NCBI GenBank assembly: GCA_900538765.1 | Contig: UQAB01000008.1 | Coordinates: 481 to 64,480 of the forward strand | From: an uncultured Azospirillum sp. | GTDB lineage: Bacteria; Pseudomonadota; Alphaproteobacteria; RF32; CAG-239 | Direction: 5' to 3' | DNA length: 64,000 nt | Shown: in pieces, positions 46,955 to 54,815 of the stretch | Layout: each line of letters begins with the position of its first letter | How positions within the stretch are numbered: the stretch's first letter is position 1 | Position numbers and translations under genes: made by a program | The notes under the pieces: generated by a model | Database searches by the model: none | What the model saw: only the letters and a program-made list of their open reading frames with translations | Told to the model about the DNA's origin: nothing

Positions 46955-47089
46955 GATGTTTACCTCATTTTATTAAACATAATAGCCTTACTAGAACAGT
47001 AACCAAGCATTATAATAGTCAGCAAACAGCATAAATCAAGAAAATATAGTCTAAAAAAAGACAATTTGTGTACAAATCGGATTCTTTTT

Positions 47090-50000
47090 TTATTTAAATC
47101 CCTCTAACGGCGTTTGCGTCCCCGTGTTGGCAATCTGTTCTTGAAATTCGCCGAGTTCTTCTGCGGAGAACATAACCTGGTCGGAAGGGATTCCGTTGGC
47201 AAATTGTCCCAGGCTGTTCATGCCGTTTCCGTACAAATTATGATAATAATTTGTGAAAGAATACGCATTTTCTACAGATTTCGGGTCAATTTCTCCATTT
47301 TTGTAATGGTAACGCGACCGTCTGTTTATAATACCGTCGGAAGAATATTTGGTAGCATTGTTGCGGAAAGCCGAGATTGTTTCCAGCTCAGTCAGAATAC
47401 GCCCGTTTTCACCGAAGGTTATGCTCATGTTCGTCGTTGTTCCGTCAGTATTTTGCTGTGCCAGTGAAAACGTACTGCGTCCTTGAGCATCCACTCCGGA
47501 AGCAAGCGTCCGGGAACGGAAACTGCGTGACATATCGGGAACCTGCAAGCCGGCGAAACGTTCTTTAATCATCTGTTCCATAACGGCGAGTTTAACTGTT
47601 TCGGCATCCTGTCCGGAGTTTTGCATAATATTGTTTAGGGCAATCTGATTGACGGAGCCGTCTTTGTTAATCAAATGTTTTCCGGCTGCGGCCATCATTT
47701 CAGTTTTCTGTTGCGTAATTTTTCCGCTTTTGTCTTTGACGACAGTCGATTTGATATAACCGTCGTTTGAAACGGTTGTCGATTCTCCGTTTTTCTTTGT
47801 CGTTGTTATGTTGATGACTTTTTTACCGTTTTCGTTTGTTGAGGTCGTTTTGGTAATAGTCTGTCCGCGGAGATTTTTATAAGAGTATCCGCTGCCGTCT
47901 TTGTTAACCGTAAACTTGCGGCCCCAGCGGTTTCGATAAGACATTGTTCCGTCCCCGTTGTCAACGCCTTTTTCTGCGGCCTGTTCCATACGGTTGCGCA
48001 TTTTTCTGTTTTGGTTGGCCATTTTGAGGTCATTGTATTTTTCGGAAACAGTTTCTTTAACCATACTGCCGCCTTTTTGGGCAGCGCTCAAAGCAACGCC
48101 GCCGGCTTTGTTTGCCACACCTCTGGCGCCGCTGGCGGCGAGGGTGCCGACTTGCGAACCGATTCCGCCGGTGCTGATTCCGTTAGAGAACCTGCCGGCA
48201 AATTTATTGGCTTCACCGAGAACTGCCCAGCCCAAAAGCATGATAAAAACAAGTTTTAAGAGGTTAATTGTCCACCAGGCAATAGATTTAGCACCGGTGA
48301 TGATAGCCTCGTAAGCAGATCCGGAGTCGCCCGTTGAAACTAATGAACGGTCAAAGGCGTCAGCCGTTACATCGTCCAGCGCTTTTATTAAAATCGCAAT
48401 GACGATAGACAGGAACATAAAGCTGAACATGGCATTAAGGAATGTTCCCCAAACTTTACCGACAAACATCTGTCGTGTTGTCTTAAATGCATACCCGCCA
48501 ATGGCAACAGGTAACAAAACAACGGCGACACAGATTTGCAAAAGAGCGTCAACCAGCAGCCACGGATAGATTATCAAGAGAAGCAGAGCGCCAATCCACA
48601 ACAAGAGACCGGTAATCAGATAGCCAAAATGCGGGAAGATAACAATATGGTGCCAGGACTTGATATAAAAGGCAATACAAATAGAGGATGAGCCGACAGC
48701 CATAATATCAAGAATTTTTCCCTGAATCGCGTCAATCAGGCAAAGGATGTTAACACCCATGCTTGGCGGCAGCCCCCCGCCGTCGGAAGCGGATAAAATA
48801 CCGCCGGTGCTGTCAGGATTGCAGGTAACGCCGCCGTCACCGGAAATCGCCAGCTTTCCGAGTTCCATGCCGGTATTGAAAATCGGCTCAAGAATCAGAC
48901 TCATAAAATCATTGCTTCCGGCGCTGAGAATGATAATGACCACAATGACGATAAAGCCTTGGTTAAGCAGTATTTTTGCCAGATTGCGGGGATCTTTCGT
49001 TTCAAAGGAGGAAATATAGGACAGAATAGTCATCGCTATCCATAAAGCCGTTCCGACAATAACCAGATTGATAACGCCGCTGACCAGCGTGTCATAAGCC
49101 GCTTTAGCCATTATGCTGGCGGTGTTGAACAATATTCTGAAAATATCGCAGAAAATACAGCTTTTGAAGGAATTTCTGTAATTGCTGACGCTGCAATCCC
49201 TGCTGCCGCCGCCTTCCTGAGCAATTTGGTTGGCCGCTGCTGTTGCTGAAGAATTGACCACGGAACCGCTGCTGCTGCCGTCATAGTTAGGTGTTTTGCC
49301 CATTTCATCTTCTGTACACAGACGCATTCCCGTCATGTCAATGGCTATTTCATCGGGGGACATGCCGTAGTATTTCGACCCGGCTATTTTTGATTGTTCA
49401 ATTGCATCGCGTAATTGCGCTGAGAGTAGTGTTCTTTCAATGTCTTCTTTTGCACGTCCCTGTACGGCCAGATAAGTTTGTTCACCTCCGCTTTCCAAAT
49501 AGTTTTTATAAGAACCAGCACGGATATTGTTGGCATCAATAATAAGATTTCTATCTGATGTATCTAAGTTTTTGCCATATTTTTCCTGCAGTTGCGATAA
49601 CATTTTCTTAAACATTGCCGGTCCGGCAACATCAGCGGCAACAAAAGTCATTTGTACCTCAGGAGAGAGGGCATCCCAATTAAGCCCTGCATTCTTAACC
49701 AGCCTCTTGGTATCGCCGACATAAGTGTCATAGTTGACGGTATATTGAAAGTCAAAAAATTCTCTGTCAGAGCCCAAAGCTTCCCATGCGGCGCGGAAAG
49801 CGGCGTTTTGCTCCGGATATGCTTGATCATTGCAAGCGTATTTGATGGTTGTATTTAAGTCATTGCCTTGAGACAGTTTGGCGAACAACTCCGGTTTCTC
49901 TTTCTCAAGTCTGGTCATAAAGTTTCTGAAGTTACCGAAACTTCCGTCAGATACTTTGCCGCCAGCGGTAGAACCACAGGCCATTTGGTTAGCGCCATAA

Positions 50001-51085
50001 GAACATCCGCCTTTATCTTTTCCTTCCGTTCCGGGTGCATTGCCGTAACAGCCGTTGTATTTTTTATACCAGTTGGTTTTTCCCGCATCACGTCCGGATT
50101 CTCCGGTTGCACTGAGCATCAGCATATCGTCTTCCGGGAACATTTCAACACAGTCGCTGGACGCCATGGCTTTATCAACTTTTTTCTGTTCTTCGCTTTT
50201 TTCCTCTTCCGGTTCTTCTTCAGTTTTTTCACAGGCTTGCGGATTCTTTGAACAATCCCGGCACTGCATGGCATCATAATCTATTTGGCCTTGATTGGCA
50301 TAAAACGGATTAGTGCTTTTTTCTTCGCATAAGGTTTGGATACTGTTGCACAAAGGATCCAAAACCGGAAGCGCATTTGTATTTCGGGCATTGCCGTCAC
50401 GCATTTCAAAATGCAGGTGTGAACCGTAATAATTTTCAATAATGTTGCCGTTTCCGTCACAGTTAGAACCACCGGCAAGGCCTATTTGCTGTCCTTTTGT
50501 TACACGAGCGCCGTCAGAAACATTAATTTGGGATAAGTGCATATAAACTGTTGTATATTCGTTCTTTGAATTCTCGGAATATGCCGCCTGAGAGGCTGAG
50601 AGAGATTTCGTATGAACAATTTTAACAACGCGTCCGCCGCCGTGGTTACAGCCGTTGACATAAGCAATGCCGTCAGCTGCCGCGGTAACCGGTGTCCCGC
50701 TCGGGACAGCATAGTCAACGCCGTTATGGTTTCTTTTATTGCTCCATCCTGTGCCGCGATAACAAACGTCTTCAGGAATTCTGGCAACACTCCCCTTAAC
50801 AGGCATTGTGTTGACACAACTGTTTTTATTCTGATTTCTGACGCATTGCGGATTAATATCATTTCTTTTCTCATTTCCGGGAGGACATTCTGTCGTCCAT
50901 TTGCCGTTGCTGCTGCTTGGCTGGCATTGATTATAGCTGCTGCCACCTGAATTTTCAGGTGTTGAATAGTTCGGGGAATAAAGCTGCCCGGCGGCTTCCT
51001 GCGTCAGGCAAAAAGCGGCAATGACACACAAAAGTAATTTGGTGATTCGTAATTTATATATATTTTGCATAATCTTACTCATCAT
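47090..51085 (-). CDS. Giant fusion protein (1331 aa): signal peptide, M23 peptidase, unassigned periplasmic region, TrbL/VirB6-like polytopic core and a long C-terminal domain
   Basis: M23 motifs are HNGVD and HLHFEM. There are 6 or more TM segments, including VVLLPVAIGGYAFKTTRQMF (the P...F..T signature of TrbL/VirB6). It is paralogous to the three upstream genes, and ATGA overlaps the upstream gene. Confidence 0.6.
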   Translation of the reverse strand: MMSKIMQNIYKLRITKLLLCVIAAFCLTQEAAGQLYSPNYSTPENSGGSSYNQCQPSSSNGKWTTECPPGNEKRNDINPQCVRNQNKNSCVNTMPVKGSVARIPEDVCYRGTGWSNKRNHNGVDYAVPSGTPVTAAADGIAYVNGCNHGGGRVVKIVHTKSLSASQAAYSENSKNEYTTVYMHLSQINVSDGARVTKGQQIGLAGGSNCDGNGNIIENYYGSHLHFEMRDGNARNTNALPVLDPLCNSIQTLCEEKSTNPFYANQGQIDYDAMQCRDCSKNPQACEKTEEEPEEEKSEEQKKVDKAMASSDCVEMFPEDDMLMLSATGESGRDAGKTNWYKKYNGCYGNAPGTEGKDKGGCSYGANQMACGSTAGGKVSDGSFGNFRNFMTRLEKEKPELFAKLSQGNDLNTTIKYACNDQAYPEQNAAFRAAWEALGSDREFFDFQYTVNYDTYVGDTKRLVKNAGLNWDALSPEVQMTFVAADVAGPAMFKKMLSQLQEKYGKNLDTSDRNLIIDANNIRAGSYKNYLESGGEQTYLAVQGRAKEDIERTLLSAQLRDAIEQSKIAGSKYYGMSPDEIAIDMTGMRLCTEDEMGKTPNYDGSSSGSVVNSSATAAANQIAQEGGGSRDCSVSNYRNSFKSCIFCDIFRILFNTASIMAKAAYDTLVSGVINLVIVGTALWIAMTILSYISSFETKDPRNLAKILLNQGFIVIVVIIILSAGSNDFMSLILEPIFNTGMELGKLAISGDGGVTCNPDSTGGILSASDGGGLPPSMGVNILCLIDAIQGKILDIMAVGSSSICIAFYIKSWHHIVIFPHFGYLITGLLLWIGALLLLIIYPWLLVDALLQICVAVVLLPVAIGGYAFKTTRQMFVGKVWGTFLNAMFSFMFLSIVIAILIKALDDVTADAFDRSLVSTGDSGSAYEAIITGAKSIAWWTINLLKLVFIMLLGWAVLGEANKFAGRFSNGISTGGIGSQVGTLAASGARGVANKAGGVALSAAQKGGSMVKETVSEKYNDLKMANQNRKMRNRMEQAAEKGVDNGDGTMSYRNRWGRKFTVNKDGSGYSYKNLRGQTITKTTSTNENGKKVINITTTKKNGESTTVSNDGYIKSTVVKDKSGKITQQKTEMMAAAGKHLINKDGSVNQIALNNIMQNSGQDAETVKLAVMEQMIKERFAGLQVPDMSRSFRSRTLASGVDAQGRSTFSLAQQNTDGTTTNMSITFGENGRILTELETISAFRNNATKYSSDGIINRRSRYHYKNGEIDPKSVENAYSFTNYYHNLYGNGMNSLGQFANGIPSDQVMFSAEELGEFQEQIANTGTQTPLEGFK

Positions 51086-53427
51086 TCTGCCTGTCCGCTG
51101 TTTTCCTGATTATCCTGAGGCTTGTCCTGTTTATCGGCGTCTTTGCCGAATTTCAGCTTTCTGCCGAATTTTTCCATACTGCGACCTGCTTTCTCAATCA
51201 TTTCGCCGCTTTTCTTCATAACTTTTCCAGAAGCTTTAACGGCCTTTCCTGCGGCAACAGTCGCTTTACCGCCGGCCTGTACCGCCGCGCCGCCGGCATA
51301 AACCGCTGCGCCGGCAATCATCATCGGGACACCGATAATGGCGCCAAAACCGGTTGCGCTTAATCCTTTTCCTGCTGTCATGATGCCCTTGCCGCCATGG
51401 GCTATGCCCTGACCGGCCTTGTCAACGCCTTTTCCGGCTTGTTCTACAGCCTTACCGCTCTGTTCAACGGCTTTACCGCTTTGCTTGATGGCTTTACCGC
51501 TTTGTTTAACCGCGGTTCCGGCATTGGGTGATTTATTGTTTTTGCCTTGTTCTTTGTCACTCTTGGTAAATTTGTCTTTAACAAATTTGGCCGCCTTTCC
51601 GACAGTTGCCCCTGCAACCGCGCCAAGAACTTTTCCTGCACCGCCGGTTGCCGCACCGACAGCGGCTTTTCCTGCGCCGACCGTAGCTTTTTTCGCGATA
51701 TCCGTCATTCTGGTCATTTCGCTGTGCATCGGGGAGGCATTAGCCATAAGGCCGCCGCCGAAAAATTTGTTAACATAGTCATCAACGGTCGAGCGCACCA
51801 GTTTGATTGAATATAAATAAGCAAACAGAATAAGGATGAAATAAGGCCCGGTAATGTCAAAAGTATCGGAAATCCACTTGGAGTCTCCTTTCTCAACCCG
51901 TTCAAACAACTCGGGAACATCCCGCAGCGTAACACTGATCATCGCCATGGCATAAGACGTGGTGATTGCTAAAAAGGCAAAAATCGCCGCCGAACTTAAC
52001 ATGGTTTTAATACAGGTTTTTACTTTTCCCGCTGTAATGGAAAAAGGCCACAATGCCATAAGCAGCGGAAAAATCATGATAGCGATGCCGATTTTGAATG
52101 AAATGTCCAGCAGATAATAAGAAACAGCCAACACCAGCATAAATCCGGCAAACCAGATTGCCGCGCCGCAAAGCCATATCCAGACATTAGGAACGATAAT
52201 CTGAAAATCCATAATTGAGTGGTTCACCCAGGCGCCGGCATTGACGGAATGACAGGTGAGAGCATGGCCGATAACCAGATTGGTGGAAACGACCCTGTCC
52301 AGACTTTCATTGAAGCCCATGATTTTATTCAGCATGTCGGCCGAGAGAAGCTCAACCCCGCTGTATGTGTAGTCTGGCGAGGGCGTCATGCTCAGGTGAC
52401 TTTGCGAGTTTGCCAGAATTGCCGTGCCAAAATCAGCGCCGGCGACCAAAATAGGGCTGACAACGTAAATCATAAAAACTTCGATTCCCGATTCGATAAC
52501 CACATAGGCAAACAGTATCTTAAATCCTTGAATCAATAGGGTGTTAACAATGCTGGACGGTTCAAGGCTGGCGACGGAAGAAATTGTCTTGAGCGCCCAG
52601 AATGCAACCCATAAAAGCGTGGCGACCAACAAAACCTGAACGGCTGCGCGTCGGCACAAATCGCTAACTTTCGTGCAGGCGTTAATAAATTTCTCAAGCA
52701 GCGTTTTGACAACAATACAGGAATAACAGGAAGATTGATATTTCTTCTCCATTTCGGCAACTTTGCAGACACTGTTATCGCCCGTTCTTATTGCGACGCC
52801 AACTAAACGGTTGTCTTTTGCATTTTGAAGATTTTTCAGTTGTTCCGCGGCTTCTTTTTCCGTGATAAGGCCATTTTTAAGATCCCTGTTGATTTGATTT
52901 TCAACAGCCGCATATCTGGGGTCTTTAATCTCTATCTCTCCTTTGTCATATTTATCCTTGTCATCTTGTGTTGCCATATTGACTCTTGACGCTAAGATTT
53001 CAAGTTCGGCAGCTTTATTGAAAGAATTGCTCATCTTATTTACAGCATTTTTATATTGCTGTTCATTGAGAAGTCCTTTTTTCTTTCTTGATTTCAATTC
53101 TTTTTCAACCAAAGGTCTGTATTCATACATTGATGTTGCCAAAGTTGAATAAGTCATAATCATTTGAGCAATTTCTTCCGGACTTCCGTCACCTTGCATT
53201 AAGTCAGCCAGATATTGTTTATCATTCTGCACATATTTGTGATAATTTTTTACAGTATATGTACCGTTATCTAATTTCTTAAGATCGTCTGCGGCATAAT
53301 AATCCGGCGGATTGACGGCGGCCTGAACATTTAAAGAAAATAAGCATAACAAGATACTGACAAAGAATGAGAAAATAGTCTTTGTCCTTATTTTGTTTTT
53401 AGCTATGTCCCAAATGTGTTTCATCAT
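51082..53427 (-). CDS. TrbL/VirB6-like polytopic membrane protein (781 aa) with a Gly/Ala/Lys-repeat tail
   Basis: It has a signal peptide, a roughly 230-aa periplasmic coiled region, a TM core with YYLLDISFKIGIAIMIFPLLMALWPFSIT, and a C-terminus with the (KQSGKAV)n heptad repeat. Confidence 0.55.
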   Translation of the reverse strand: MMKHIWDIAKNKIRTKTIFSFFVSILLCLFSLNVQAAVNPPDYYAADDLKKLDNGTYTVKNYHKYVQNDKQYLADLMQGDGSPEEIAQMIMTYSTLATSMYEYRPLVEKELKSRKKKGLLNEQQYKNAVNKMSNSFNKAAELEILASRVNMATQDDKDKYDKGEIEIKDPRYAAVENQINRDLKNGLITEKEAAEQLKNLQNAKDNRLVGVAIRTGDNSVCKVAEMEKKYQSSCYSCIVVKTLLEKFINACTKVSDLCRRAAVQVLLVATLLWVAFWALKTISSVASLEPSSIVNTLLIQGFKILFAYVVIESGIEVFMIYVVSPILVAGADFGTAILANSQSHLSMTPSPDYTYSGVELLSADMLNKIMGFNESLDRVVSTNLVIGHALTCHSVNAGAWVNHSIMDFQIIVPNVWIWLCGAAIWFAGFMLVLAVSYYLLDISFKIGIAIMIFPLLMALWPFSITAGKVKTCIKTMLSSAAIFAFLAITTSYAMAMISVTLRDVPELFERVEKGDSKWISDTFDITGPYFILILFAYLYSIKLVRSTVDDYVNKFFGGGLMANASPMHSEMTRMTDIAKKATVGAGKAAVGAATGGAGKVLGAVAGATVGKAAKFVKDKFTKSDKEQGKNNKSPNAGTAVKQSGKAIKQSGKAVEQSGKAVEQAGKGVDKAGQGIAHGGKGIMTAGKGLSATGFGAIIGVPMMIAGAAVYAGGAAVQAGGKATVAAGKAVKASGKVMKKSGEMIEKAGRSMEKFGRKLKFGKDADKQDKPQDNQENSGQAE
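51427..51510. repeat. Four tandem 21-bp repeats in the coding sequence
   Basis: Units resembling GGCTTTACCGCTTTGCTTGAT occur four times and encode the GKAV(E/K)QS heptads of the 781-aa protein. Confidence 0.8.
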
Positions 53428-54806
53428 TATTTACCGCCGCCCTTAAATTTTTTAGCAACAGTCTGCATAGCTGATTTAGCCTTGCCCTTGCTCCATTTTA
53501 AAAGTTCTTTGGATCCTCCTTTGGCAGCCCCCCAAGCTTTTCCAGCACCGTTCTTAGCCTTATTAAGAACAAAACCGCCGATTCCCAAAGTGAAGAATTT
53601 GAGAACCATAGCGCCGGCCTTGGCGCCTTTGTCTTTGAATGAACCTGAGGAATCGCCGCCGACCAGCGTATTGGTCAAATCCTGGGCAATCTTCATGGTC
53701 GATTGGATTAAAAACGCTAACAGTAACAGGCAAAGCACCGGAATACTGAATTCCTTAAAGTTTTGCCGGAAATCTTCTATATTATCGCCGCTTAATCCCA
53801 AAGCGGGAGAAATCATAATTTCATGCATGGCCAGAAGAGCAACGGCAATCATAATTGCCACAAACATCATATATGCGGCGGAATTTATCATTGTCATAAA
53901 TCCAAAAGTTGCCCAGGAACGGGTTTGTTTGAAAGCATAAGCCAAAATCAGTGCCGGTAAAATTGTCACCACGATAGTGAAACGGAAGAGGGTATCGACC
54001 AGATAAAAAATAAATGCCAGCTTGATAAATGTAAACATGAGAAAAATAATGCAACCGATAACCAGAGCCATAAATCCCGTGTCATGCAATGTTTCAAAAG
54101 CCAGATAAAAGCCGATTCCCAAACGTTCGTTAATTGCGCAGGCGATACACGACATCATATTAATCGGCGCGGCCGGAAATGATGTCAAATTCTCATCTGT
54201 CACCAGGTTTTCCGGAACACAGGCAATCTTTTGTCCGTATTCTATTTTTTCTCCAAGAAATGTAAGCGACAAATCTTCTTGTCCCGTAGCTGCGCTGGCG
54301 GCATTGAGCATTTCGCCGGCAAATTCAAGAAACGTGTAATAGAGCGGAAAAATAATTGTGTTCAACACAAAAGCCAACCCGGCTGTGGAACTGGCCAACA
54401 GGCCGCAGACAAAACAGATAAAGAGCTGCTTGAACACTTCTTTCCACACTTCGGCAATATTTTCTTCCTGTAGAGAACTGACATGGCGCATCAGCCGGAA
54501 AGAAAACCATACGGCAAAAGCAACCATAATAAAAGCCAGAGCGCCGTCAGTCATTTGCTTATAAAGCCCGAGGGAAATAGAACCCATCTGTCGGTACATC
54601 AGTTCCAGAATGCTGCTTTGCCAGCAGTCACGTTGGTCCTTAGCTAGTTGGCTTGAACTTCTGTCCGCGCCGCTCATCGCCGTTTGTTGATTAGAGTTGT
54701 TTGTTCCTTTAACATCAGTACCGCTGCAGGCCGTCAACAGGAAACATACTGAAATGACTAAAATCAGTATTTTGAGAATTCCGACTATGTTTCCCTTTTT
54801 CAACAT
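53427..54806 (-). CDS. TrbL/VirB6-like polytopic lipoprotein (459 aa)
   Basis: It has the lipobox LLTACSG, a TM core with FYLVDTLFRFTIVVTILPALILAYAFKQTRSW, and a Gly/Ala/Lys-rich tail. Confidence 0.55.
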   Translation of the reverse strand: MLKKGNIVGILKILILVISVCFLLTACSGTDVKGTNNSNQQTAMSGADRSSSQLAKDQRDCWQSSILELMYRQMGSISLGLYKQMTDGALAFIMVAFAVWFSFRLMRHVSSLQEENIAEVWKEVFKQLFICFVCGLLASSTAGLAFVLNTIIFPLYYTFLEFAGEMLNAASAATGQEDLSLTFLGEKIEYGQKIACVPENLVTDENLTSFPAAPINMMSCIACAINERLGIGFYLAFETLHDTGFMALVIGCIIFLMFTFIKLAFIFYLVDTLFRFTIVVTILPALILAYAFKQTRSWATFGFMTMINSAAYMMFVAIMIAVALLAMHEIMISPALGLSGDNIEDFRQNFKEFSIPVLCLLLLAFLIQSTMKIAQDLTNTLVGGDSSGSFKDKGAKAGAMVLKFFTLGIGGFVLNKAKNGAGKAWGAAKGGSKELLKWSKGKAKSAMQTVAKKFKGGGK

Positions 54807-54815
54807 CGGTTTTTC

